From positions 9,880 through 73,879 of the forward strand of contig CAVQRN010000005.1 of the NCBI GenBank assembly GCA_963715255.1: a DNA stretch of 64,000 nucleotides, read 5' to 3'. How positions within the stretch are numbered: position 1 is the stretch's first letter; each line of letters begins with the position of its first letter. Shown here in pieces: positions 45,744 through 54,816 of this stretch. The DNA comes from an uncultured Actinomycetota bacterium (GTDB taxonomy: Bacteria > Actinomycetota > Acidimicrobiia > Spongiisociales > UBA5794). The notes under the pieces are model-generated. The model ran no database searches. It saw only the letters and a program-made list of their open reading frames with translations, and was not told the origin of the DNA. Both the position numbers and the translations under genes were made by a program.

Positions 45744-46632
45744 TCGTCGTCGTTGGATCGGTGAACCGGGACCTGATTGCTCGGGTCGAGCACCACCCGG
45801 TTCCGGGAGAGACGGTTCTCGGATCCGGCCATGAAATGATGCCGGGTGGCAAGGGGGCGAATCAAGCGGTCGCGGCGGCACGTCTCGGAAGGGACGTCGT
45901 CTTCGTCGGGCGGGTCGGCGCGGACGAAGACGGTCGCGATCTCATTGCAGAGTTCGAACGGGAAGGTATCGAGGTGAGCCACGTCACGGTGGATCCCGAA
46001 GCTCCGAGTGGGCTCGCCATCGTCACCGTCGACGACGCGGGGGAGAATGCGATCGTGGTGAGCTCGGGGGCGAACGGCCACGTCTCTTCCTCCGATGTCG
46101 GGGAGCGTCGGCAGTTCTCATGGCGGCGACGGTGACATTGCTCCAACTCGAGATCCCGATGGAAGCGGTGCTCTCCGCTGCCGCCGCGTCGGAGGGAATC
46201 GTCATGCTCAATGCGGCGCCGGCCGCTCACCTCCCCGCCGCGCTCTTCGAATCAATAGACGTTCTTGTCGTCAACCGCGGTGAACTCGCAACACTCACGG
46301 GGTCGGGAGATCCCGTCTCCGCGAGGAGCCTCCCAGTCCCGGTGACCGTCGTGACACTCGGTGCCGATGGCGCTCGCATCATCAGGACCGATACCGACAC
46401 GTCGATCGCGGCGATGGACGTGTCCCCGGTTGACACGACGGGTGCAGGCGACAGCTTCTGTGGGGCACTTGCCGCCGGTCTCGATGCCGGGCTCAGCCTC
46501 GAGTCCTCGGTGCAGCGGGCCGTCGTAGCCGGATCGCTGGCGGTGACGGCCATCGGGGCGCGAACCGGGATGCCGACGCTCCCCGAACTCGAAGGTGCAT
46601 TGCGAGCCCAGAGTTCGCAGGACACCTTGTAG
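45740..46632 (+). CDS. rbsK: ribokinase; reading frame broken near 46105-46122
   Basis: ATGA overlap with the upstream gene. N-terminal half: VVVGSVNRDL..PGGKGANQAVAAARLG (ORF 45740..46135). C-terminal half: LLQLEIP ... DTTGAGDSFCGAL (ORF 46120..46632). Confidence 0.75.
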
Positions 46633-46644
46633 GCTCGTTCCGCA

Positions 46645-47580
46645 ATGGCGCGACCGATCATTATCGATACGGACCCCGGGCAGGATGACGCCGTCGCGAT
46701 TCTCTTGGCTCTCGCGTCGCCCGAACTCGACGTGCTCGGCATCACGACCGTTGCGGGGAACGTCCCGCAGCCGCTCGTCACGACGAACGCCCTGAAGCTC
46801 CGCGAACTTGTCGGGCGGACCGATGTCCCGGTCTTCATCGGCGCCCACCGGCCGTTGGAGCGTGAACTCTTCACCGCCGAGTACGTCCACGGACCGACCG
46901 GTATCGACGGTACCAACCTGCCGGATCCGGTGACGACCGCAGAATCGAAACATGCCGTCGATTTCATCATCGACTCCTGCCTCGCCGCAGGAATCGAAGG
47001 AATCACGCTCTGTCCCGTTGGACCTTTGACCAATATCGCATCCGCGATCGCCAGGGAGCCGATGATCCTCCCGAAGATTCGGGAGATCGCACTGATGGGC
47101 GGCGGCTTCTTCGAAGGAGGGAACACGACTCCGGTCGCCGAGTTCAACATCTACGTCGATCCCGACGCTGCGGCGATTGTGCTCAACAGTGGTGTTCCGA
47201 TCACCGTGTTTCCTCTCGACGTCACGCACAAGGCATTGGTGCTGCCGGAGGACCTCGACCGGATGAGGGCCATCGACACGTCGGTCGGCGACGCCGTGGT
47301 TGGCATGCTCGGCTACTACGAACGCCATGACGTCGAGAAGTACAGCATCGCAGGCGCACCGCTCCATGACCCGTGCGTGATCGCCTACCTGATCGACCCG
47401 GAACTCTTCTCCGGAAAGGCGTGCCGGGTCGACGTGGAGACCGAGTCGGAACTCACCATCGGGCAGACGGTTGTCGACTGGTGGGGCGTGACCGGCGCCG
47501 AACCCAACGCCATGGTCATGTCCGACGTCGACCGCGAGGGGTTCATCGATCTCGTTGTGGAACGGATCGCAAGACTCTGA
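46645..47580 (+). CDS. nucleoside hydrolase (inosine/uridine-preferring family)
   Basis: IIIDTDPGQDDAVAILLAL (DxDxxxDD motif). 311 aa. Confidence 0.9.
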   Translation: MARPIIIDTDPGQDDAVAILLALASPELDVLGITTVAGNVPQPLVTTNALKLRELVGRTDVPVFIGAHRPLERELFTAEYVHGPTGIDGTNLPDPVTTAESKHAVDFIIDSCLAAGIEGITLCPVGPLTNIASAIAREPMILPKIREIALMGGGFFEGGNTTPVAEFNIYVDPDAAAIVLNSGVPITVFPLDVTHKALVLPEDLDRMRAIDTSVGDAVVGMLGYYERHDVEKYSIAGAPLHDPCVIAYLIDPELFSGKACRVDVETESELTIGQTVVDWWGVTGAEPNAMVMSDVDREGFIDLVVERIARL

Positions 47581-47599
47581 AGCTTCGTCCGGAGTCTGG

Positions 47600-49045
47600 T
47601 CAGGCGTCTTCGTGCTGCTTGCTCCTCCATGCCCAGAGCGCGAGGAGAAGCGCCATCCCAACGAGCACTGCTGCGACGATCATCGTGTCGGTGAGTGCCG
47701 CGGCCTGCGCGGCCGCAGGCGCGTTGGCAACCTCTCCGCCGCCTGCATAGACGGCGGTCCGAGCAGCCCACAATGCGCCGAGCACGGCGATGCCGGTGAG
47801 GCTCGCCGTCGTGCGGTTGATGGTCAACATGCCCGAGGTGACGCCGAGCTGATCGTGGGGGACCGAACCCAGGATCGCCGAATTGTTCGGGGATTGGAAG
47901 ATCCCGAATCCGAGGCCGATGATGAGTCCAACGATGACGACGACGAGTGCTGTTGTGGCGCCTTCGAACCAGAACCCTGCGATCGCATACGCGATGGTCA
48001 TCAGGGCGAGTCCGACGACCGTGACCGGTCTCGATCCGATCCGGTCCGACAGCATGCCGGACATCGGAGCGACGATTCCCATGGTGATGGGGATCGCTCC
48101 GAGAACGAAGCCTATCCCGCGTGGCGACAGTCCGATCACGTCGGTCAGGTAGAACGGGACGAGGAGGATCATTCCTGAGAGTGCGAAGAACCCGATGAAT
48201 CCGGTGATCAGGTTCACCGTGAGATCACGACTCTTGAAGAGAGCAAGGTTGAGCATCGGCTGCGCGACCCGTCGTTCCACCGCGATGAAGGCCGCGAGCG
48301 CGGCGACCGAGACCGTGAACATCCCGAGGATCAGCGGCTCCGTGAAGCCGATGTTCTGACCCATCGTGAGAGCGAGGAGGAAGGTGAGAAGCCCGACGAA
48401 GAATGTGCCTGCACCAACGAAGTCGAAACGCTGTCCACCCTTTGGCTTGGTGTTCGGGACGAACTTGATCGCTGTGATGGTGCCGATGATGCCGATCGGT
48501 AGGTTGACGAAGAAGATCCAGCGCCAGTCGGTCGCCTCGAGGATTATGCCGCCGATGATCGGTCCTGCCATGATCCCGAGTGACACCGTGGTGCCGTTGA
48601 TTCCGAGTGCCTTGCCGCGTTCCGACGGGGGGAAGGCTTCGGTGGTGATAGCGAAACCGAGAGCGAAGATCATCGACGCTCCTACTGCCTGGACGACTCG
48701 GGCTGCGATGAGGAACTCGATCGTCGGTGAGAGTCCCGCGAGCACCGAGCCGATCGTGAACACGCTGAAACCCGCGGTGAAGATCGGTTTCTTGCCAATC
48801 ATGTCCCCAAGCCGTCCGAACATGAGCGTGAGGCTCGTCTGGGTCAGGAGGTAGGCGAGCACCACCCACTGCGCCACACTGAACGTCGTTTCGAACTCGT
48901 CGACGAGCGTCGGAAGCGCCACATTGACGATGCTCCCATCGACGGTTCCGAGGAAGATCGCCATCGCGATAGCGATGAGGACGAACCACTTCCTCGAGTA
49001 GTCGACGCCTTCTGGAGGTGCTTCGTGGTGGCCGGACATGGCCAA
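47600..49045 (-). CDS. MFS transporter, DHA2/EmrB-like drug:H+ antiporter family (14 TMS-type)
   Basis: 481 aa. Motif FGRLGDMIGKKPIF. About 14 hydrophobic spans. Confidence 0.85.
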   Translation of the reverse strand: MAMSGHHEAPPEGVDYSRKWFVLIAIAMAIFLGTVDGSIVNVALPTLVDEFETTFSVAQWVVLAYLLTQTSLTLMFGRLGDMIGKKPIFTAGFSVFTIGSVLAGLSPTIEFLIAARVVQAVGASMIFALGFAITTEAFPPSERGKALGINGTTVSLGIMAGPIIGGIILEATDWRWIFFVNLPIGIIGTITAIKFVPNTKPKGGQRFDFVGAGTFFVGLLTFLLALTMGQNIGFTEPLILGMFTVSVAALAAFIAVERRVAQPMLNLALFKSRDLTVNLITGFIGFFALSGMILLVPFYLTDVIGLSPRGIGFVLGAIPITMGIVAPMSGMLSDRIGSRPVTVVGLALMTIAYAIAGFWFEGATTALVVVIVGLIIGLGFGIFQSPNNSAILGSVPHDQLGVTSGMLTINRTTASLTGIAVLGALWAARTAVYAGGGEVANAPAAAQAAALTDTMIVAAVLVGMALLLALWAWRSKQHEDA

Positions 49046-49150
49046 GGGAGGCTAGGCAAGGCGGTAGCGCTGCGAACCTTCTTCGCGTTCCGAGGACGCA
49101 CCGCGAACCGTTCCGGGGACGTCCTCTTCCGCGGGCTCACAGCGCCGCCC

Positions 49151-49278
49151 ACGGGGACCCATACCCTGGGTACGGGTGTGTTGGTGGGAGAGGTGGGGGG
49201 TCTCGATATGCGCGGCCGGTGGCATGTCGTGTACCCTTGATCGGGTTACGGGGTGGCATCGGAGAAAGGGGCGTCCCG
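49151..49278 (+). promoter_or_regulatory. candidate structured 5' leader (partial resemblance to the ydaO / c-di-AMP riboswitch core)
   Basis: ACGGGGACCCA (49151-49161) is followed by a small hairpin TACC-CTG-GGTA and then CGGGTG. A second ACGGGGTGGCATC lies at 49248-49260. The downstream gene encodes a peptidoglycan-binding lipoprotein. The conserved 3' ACCUCGUAAGC element was not found. Confidence 0.2.
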
Positions 49279-49860
49279 ATGAGGTACCGACGAAGACTGG
49301 CATTCATGGCGGTGCTCGCACTCGCACTTGCTGCGTGTTCGTCGGGTGGCGACGACACGACCACTTCGACGTCCACGACGTTCCCGACGGCGACCACATC
49401 GGCGACCACGACCGTGCCGTCCACGACGACCTCCACCTCCACCCCGACGACCACGACGACGTCTCCGTACGGTGGAGCGACGCTTCTGACGACGATCATT
49501 CAGCAGGAACTGCAGATCCTTGGATACTTCGAAGGCCAACCCGACGGGATCCTTGGACCCGTGACCGAAGAAGCGCTCAGAGCCTTCCAGACCGATGCGG
49601 GAATCACCGTCGACGGTGAGTACGGTCCGGAGACGTACGCGGCCCTCGCCGATGCCCTCGAGGCCGACACCGACTTCGTCACCACGGTCCAGGAGGACCT
49701 CATGGAGTTGAAGCTCTATCCGGGTCCGGCTGACGGCGACTACGGCCCGGGAACGACGAAGGGCGTGGAGTCCCTCCAGGAGAAGTGCGGCATCACGGTC
49801 GACGGCCGCTTCACCCCGCAGACACACCTCTGTCTCGAAGCGGAGATGGGCCGCATCTGA
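49279..49860 (+). CDS. lipoprotein with two peptidoglycan-binding (PG_binding_1-like) repeats
   Basis: Lipobox LALAACSS, then a Thr/Ser-rich linker. Two repeats follow: LQILGYFEGQPDGILGPVTEEALRAFQTDAGITVDGEYGPETYAAL and LKLYPGPADGDYGPGTTKGVESLQEKCGITVDGRFTPQT. Confidence 0.75.
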   Translation: MRYRRRLAFMAVLALALAACSSGGDDTTTSTSTTFPTATTSATTTVPSTTTSTSTPTTTTTSPYGGATLLTTIIQQELQILGYFEGQPDGILGPVTEEALRAFQTDAGITVDGEYGPETYAALADALEADTDFVTTVQEDLMELKLYPGPADGDYGPGTTKGVESLQEKCGITVDGRFTPQTHLCLEAEMGRI

Positions 49861-49873
49861 TCGAGATCCCGGT

Positions 49874-51008
49874 GTGACTGTGATGCCGCTCGACGATCTC
49901 ACCGTCGTCGAACTCGCAGGCTTGGGGCCGGTCCCGTTCGCCGGGATGGTTCTCGCCGGTCTTGGCGCCGATGTGATCCGCGTCGACCGCCCAGGTGGGC
50001 CTCCGATTCCCGACCCGATGGTGGGCGCCGTCGGCCGTGGGAAGCGTTCGATCGCTCTCGATCTCAAGAGGTCGGAGGCCGTCGACATCGTGCTCGCGCT
50101 CGTCGCCGATGCAGATGTTCTCCTCGAGGGATACCGTCCGGGCGTGGTCGAACGGCTCGGCATTGGCCCCGATGATTGTTGGGGAACCAACCCCAATCTT
50201 GTCTACGGCCGCATGACCGGCTGGGGGTCGAGTGGCCCCTACGCATCCATGGCGGGCCACGACATCAACTACATCGGGCTCAGCGGCGCTCTCCACGCGA
50301 TCGGCGACACCGATCGGCCGGCGCCGCCATTGAATCTTGTTGGGGACAACGGGGGAGGTGCCATGTCTCTCGTCGCAGGCGTTCTCGCTGCCATCTACGA
50401 CCGCGAACGTTCGGGCGGCGTCGTGGTGCACACGTCCATGGTCGAAAGGCGCGGCATCGCTCATGGCCCCGTTCTATGAGATGGCCGCCACCGGACTCTG
50501 GGAGGATCGACGCGCCCGCGAATCTCCTCGACGGGAGCGCTCCCTTCTACACGACGTACCAGACCTCCGACGAGAAGTGGATGGCCGTCGGTCCGCTCGA
50601 ACCGGTGTTCTACGCTGAGTTGCTGAACGGACTCGAGCTCGACCCGGCTGGGCTGCCCGGCCAGTACGACCGGGAGGGATGGCCCGAGCTTCGGCGCCGC
50701 TTCGGGGGCGCGTTCGCCCAACGAACACGGGCCGAATGGAGGAAGTGTTCGACGGCACGGATGCCTGCGTGACACCCGTGTTGTCCCTCACCGAGGCCCC
50801 GGAGCACCCACACAACCTGGCTCGCAGCGTCTTCGGCGGGTTCGCAGGCCGTCGCCTGCCGAATCCGACTCCGCGTGTCGGTGCCGACCACCCGTTCACT
50901 CTCACCGATGCGCCAGTGCTCGGGGTCGATACCGACGAGATTCTCGCTCGGCTCGGATACGACAAGGCCGGCATCCGGGAGTTGCGCGGCCGCGGGGTGG
51001 TGTCGTGA
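49874..51008 (+). pseudogene. family III CoA-transferase / alpha-methylacyl-CoA-racemase-like gene with three frame breaks
   Basis: The protein must be read across four frame segments. Segment 1 is ...GADVIRVDRP...VVHTSMVE (ORF 49874). Segment 2 is GAASLMAPFYEMAATGLWEDRR (ORF 50337 frame). Segment 3 is ANLLDGSAPFY...RTRAEW (ORF 50176 frame). Segment 4 is EVFDGTDACVTPVLSLTEAPEHPHN... (ORF 50679..51008). Confidence 0.7.
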
Positions 51009-51172
51009 CCAGTCGGTATCCGGACCGAGACGATCAGCGGGAGGATCGAGTTCGGGCGTTGAAGGACCGGGTCGAACGGGGAGAGTATCGAGTGCCGGCG
51101 GACTCGGTCGCAGACGCGGTTATCGCCTGGTATCGCAGGATGGATCCGGGACGCCGTCCTACTCGGCGGTGA
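51005..51172 (+). CDS. 55-aa ORF with FlgM-like (anti-sigma-28 C-terminal) pattern; not in the ORF track
   Basis: GTG 51005 overlaps the upstream stop (GTGA). Sequence is VTSRYPDRDDQREDRVRALKDRVERGEYRVPADSVADAVIAWYRRMDPGRRPTRR. The R..LK..V..G.Y.V....VA.A.I pattern resembles the FlgM C-terminus (from memory). Confidence 0.3.
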   Translation: MTSRYPDRDDQREDRVRALKDRVERGEYRVPADSVADAVIAWYRRMDPGRRPTRR

Positions 51173-52092
51173 GTTCGTCGATCTCGTCGGCGACGGTGTG
51201 GTGACCGATCTTGCGACCGAGTGCGTCGATTCCGAGGACCAGGAGGAACGCGAACGTGGCGACGCCCAGGGCGCCGAGACGGTCCTCACCCGGTGCGTGG
51301 ATGGCCGTGCTGTCGACACCGAGTGGCCAAGGCCAGAGCACCCGGAGTGAACCGAGCATCAAGCCGATCAGCGCCGCCATCACCGAGTTGTAGTGGTCTC
51401 GCAGCGCCCGGTGGAGGACCTGGGAGAAGAGGGCCAGTCCGATCACCGCGCCGACGGTGAACACGATCAGCGAGAAGAAGTCGCCGGGAGGTGACGGCCG
51501 AGAGCAGGGGCCCGTACATACCAAGCATCACCAGGATGAATGATCCGCTGATCCCCGGGAGGATCATGGCGCAGATTGCGACTGCCCCGGAGCCGAAGAA
51601 TGCCAACAGAGCCGGATCGGCGATCTGCACGGCGGTGTCGCTCGATGTGCTCTCCCGCAACCCCAGCAGCACGAACACCACCAGTGCAACGCCGGCGATG
51701 ATCGCCAGCCGGCGAACATCGCGAATGGTGAGGAGCTTCCAGGCAACCACGGCCGAACCAAGCACGAGTCCGAGGAACAGCGCGGCCATCAGAACGGCGT
51801 GCTCACGGAGTAGGCGTTCGAGGAGGTGGGCCAGAGTGATGATCGCAAGCCCGATCCCGGCAACGAGAGGGAGGATGAAGGACCAGTCAACCTTCCGGAG
51901 CCACTCGACGCCGCCGGAGAAGTCGAGGCGGAGGAACGAACCCAGTGCGGAGCTTCCGGCGCGCACCGAGGCGATGAGTCGTTCGTAGATGCCGAGGACG
52001 AGCGCGATCGTTCCTCCGGACACGCCGGGGACGATGTCGGCGGCACCCATCAGGAAACCACGGAAGAGCGACCAAGGAATCTCGCGAATCAC
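51159..52092 (-). CDS. DUF368 family membrane protein (family recently linked to undecaprenyl-phosphate translocation); reading frame broken near 51480-51500
   Basis: GTG 52092. MGAADIVPGVSGGTIALVLGIYERL ... ILPGISGSFILVMLGMYGPLLSAV lies in the ORF 51286..52545 frame. It continues as GDFFSLIVFTVGAVIGLALFSQVL...LIGLMLGSL in ORF 51159..51524. Confidence 0.7.
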
Positions 52093-52161
52093 GGCGGCGA
52101 GTGTAGAGGCGGGGTCACGCCACCGGTGTACCGTGCGTTCCGAGCAAACCCGGGAGGTCCG

Positions 52162-52617
52162 ATGCGTATCGTCCTGCAGCGAGTACGTCGATCCGCGGTC
52201 GAAGTCGATGGGGTGACGACCGGGCTGATCGGGACCGGTCTCCTCGCTCTCGTGGGGGTCGCAGCGGGGGACACCGCTTCCGATGCGCGGATCGCGGCTG
52301 CGAAGACGGTCGCCATGCGCATATTCCCTGACGAGGAAGCCAAGATGAACCGAAGCGTTGCCGATATCGGAGGAGCGATCCTTCTGGTGTCCCAGTTCAC
52401 ACTTCTGGCCGACGTCCGCAAGGGCCGCCGCCCCGCTTTTACAGCCGCGGCACGACCCGAGGAAGCGATCCCGGTGCTCGAGGCATTCACCGAGGCGATC
52501 GAGGCCGAAGGCGTGCGGGTCGCACACGGGCGTTTCGGCGCCCACATGGACGTGGAACTCCTGAACGACGGCCCGGTGACCATTGTGTTCGACGTACGGG
52601 ATGGGAGGATCAGATGA
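52162..52617 (+). CDS. dtd: D-aminoacyl-tRNA deacylase
   Basis: ATG 52162 follows GGGAGG. MRIVLQRV ... LLVSQFTLLAD ... NDGPVTIVFD. Confidence 0.9.
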   Translation: MRIVLQRVRRSAVEVDGVTTGLIGTGLLALVGVAAGDTASDARIAAAKTVAMRIFPDEEAKMNRSVADIGGAILLVSQFTLLADVRKGRRPAFTAAARPEEAIPVLEAFTEAIEAEGVRVAHGRFGAHMDVELLNDGPVTIVFDVRDGRIR

Positions 52618-54776
52618 AGATCAAGGGATACACCCCCGATGGCGTCGCTCTGACGCGGGACGAGCACGGGATTCTCCACATCCGGGCCGACGATCTCGCA
52701 GGCGCCTACTGGGGGATGGGGTATGCCCACGCACGAGATCGGGCGATGCAGATGGGCTTGATGCGGCTCCTCGGACAGGGTCGGGTCGCAGAGTGCCTTG
52801 ACGGCAGCGACGAGTCGGTTGAGGTCGATCGATTCTTCCGGCGAATGAATTGGTGCGGGAGCACGGCAGCTCAGGTCGATGCTCTCACGCCCCAGACCCG
52901 CGTGCTCGTCGACGCATACTGCACCGGCGTCAATGTCCGCTTCTCCGAGACGCGACCGTGGGAGTTTCGAGTTCTCGGATATCGACCCGAGCCGTGGACC
53001 GTCGAGGATGTGCTGCTCATGGCTCGTATGACCGGCTATCTGACCCTCGCGACGTCGCAGGCCGAGATCGAGCGACTGTTCGTCGAGATGGTGCAGGCAG
53101 GCGTCGACGACGGGCGGCTCGATGCACTCTTCCCTGGGTGCGTGGGGACCCTCGATCGTGACCTGCTCCAGAAGGTGACACTCGGGGAGCGCGTCGTTCC
53201 CGACTCGGTCAAGTGGACCGTTGGGGGGCCGCGGATGATGGCCTCGAACAACTGGGCCCTGTCGGCTCAACGCTCGGCGACGGGCCATGCTCTGCTCGCC
53301 AACGATCCGCACCTGGAGGTCAATCGTCTCCCGGCTGTGTGGGTCGAGCAAGTAATCGAGTTTCCGGACGACACCGTGTTCACCGCGAACATGCCGGGCC
53401 TCACCGGTCCGCTGATCGGGCGCAAGGACGATCTCGCCTGGGGCGCAACCTACGCGTTCATGGATGCCGTCGACTCATGGGTCGAGGAGTGCCGTGACGG
53501 CGAGTTTCGGCGAGAAGATCGTTTCGAATCGTTCACCGAACGGCGCGAGCGGATCCTGGTGAAGAAGAGCCAACCAGTGGATGTGGTGTTCTACGAGAAC
53601 CTGCACGGCGTGCTCGACGGCGATCCCTTCGAGGAGGGCTTCTACCTCTCGACGAAGTGGGCGCCGGCCGACTCGGGTGCTGCGACGCTCAACGCGGTCA
53701 CCGACATCTGGCGTGCCAGAACGGTCGATGATGCGCAAGACGCTTTCGGTCGACTCGAGACCGCCTGGAATTGGGTGTTCGCCGACAGCTCTGGGCGGAT
53801 CGGGTATCAGATGTCCGGCCAACTCCCCATCCGCGACGAAGACGCCACGGGTTTCGTTCCGATGCCGGGGTGGGACCCGAAGTGGGACTGGCGCGGATTC
53901 GCCGCGCCCGACGAGCTGCCCGGCGTGCTTGATCCGCCCGAGGGCTTCATCGTGACCGCGAACAACGACTTGAACCACTTGGGAGCGGCGAATCCGATCA
54001 ACATGCCGATGGGTGACTATCGGGCCCGCAGGATCACGAGTCTCCTCTCGGAGGAAGCGGCTGATCTCGATACGTTCCGGCGCATACACCAGGACACCTA
54101 CTCGCTTCAGGCCGAGGAGATGATGGCGCTCCTGGCGCCACTGCTTCCCAGCACGCGAATCGGCCACCGTCTCGGCGCGTGGGATTTCCGCTACGAGCCT
54201 GACTCGCAGGGAGCGGTGCTCTTCGAAGCCTTCTACCGCGAGCTTCTCGTGGAGATGTTCGCACCGAACGGCATGGGTCAGCCGGTGGTGGACCACCTCG
54301 TCGACGCGACCGGGGTGTTCATCGACTTCTACCGCAACTTCGATCGCATCCTTCTCGCACGGGAATCGCCGTGGCTCGGCGAGCGCGATCTGGGTTCGGT
54401 CTATCGCGCCGCGTTCGATCGTGTGGACCCGGCCGAGGATCGCCGATGGGGTGACGTGAACCGGGTGACGCTCACTCACATCCTGCTCGGCGACAAGCTG
54501 CCGGGGTGGGCCGGGTTCGACGTCGGCCCGATCGAGATCAAAGGTGGCAGAGCCACGCCGCATCAGGGACAGATCTACGAGAGTGCCGGTCGCATCACCA
54601 GCTTTGCCCCGTCGCTGCGCCTGATGGTCGACATGGGTCAACCCGGAATGCGAACGGCGCTCGCAGGAGGGCCGTCGGACCGGCGATTCTCAAAGTGGTA
54701 CACCTCCGACCTCGAACAGTGGCAGCGCGGCGAGTACAAGGATCTGCGCCGTCTCGACGAGTCCTCCCCAGACTGA
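52614..54776 (+). CDS. penicillin acylase family Ntn-hydrolase
   Basis: ATGA overlap with the dtd stop. Nucleophile context MMASNNWALS ... LANDPHL. 720 aa. Confidence 0.85.
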   Translation: MKIKGYTPDGVALTRDEHGILHIRADDLAGAYWGMGYAHARDRAMQMGLMRLLGQGRVAECLDGSDESVEVDRFFRRMNWCGSTAAQVDALTPQTRVLVDAYCTGVNVRFSETRPWEFRVLGYRPEPWTVEDVLLMARMTGYLTLATSQAEIERLFVEMVQAGVDDGRLDALFPGCVGTLDRDLLQKVTLGERVVPDSVKWTVGGPRMMASNNWALSAQRSATGHALLANDPHLEVNRLPAVWVEQVIEFPDDTVFTANMPGLTGPLIGRKDDLAWGATYAFMDAVDSWVEECRDGEFRREDRFESFTERRERILVKKSQPVDVVFYENLHGVLDGDPFEEGFYLSTKWAPADSGAATLNAVTDIWRARTVDDAQDAFGRLETAWNWVFADSSGRIGYQMSGQLPIRDEDATGFVPMPGWDPKWDWRGFAAPDELPGVLDPPEGFIVTANNDLNHLGAANPINMPMGDYRARRITSLLSEEAADLDTFRRIHQDTYSLQAEEMMALLAPLLPSTRIGHRLGAWDFRYEPDSQGAVLFEAFYRELLVEMFAPNGMGQPVVDHLVDATGVFIDFYRNFDRILLARESPWLGERDLGSVYRAAFDRVDPAEDRRWGDVNRVTLTHILLGDKLPGWAGFDVGPIEIKGGRATPHQGQIYESAGRITSFAPSLRLMVDMGQPGMRTALAGGPSDRRFSKWYTSDLEQWQRGEYKDLRRLDESSPD

Positions 54777-54816
54777 CGCCCGTAGCGATGCCCGGCGCCA
54801 CTCCACACGGCGCCGT

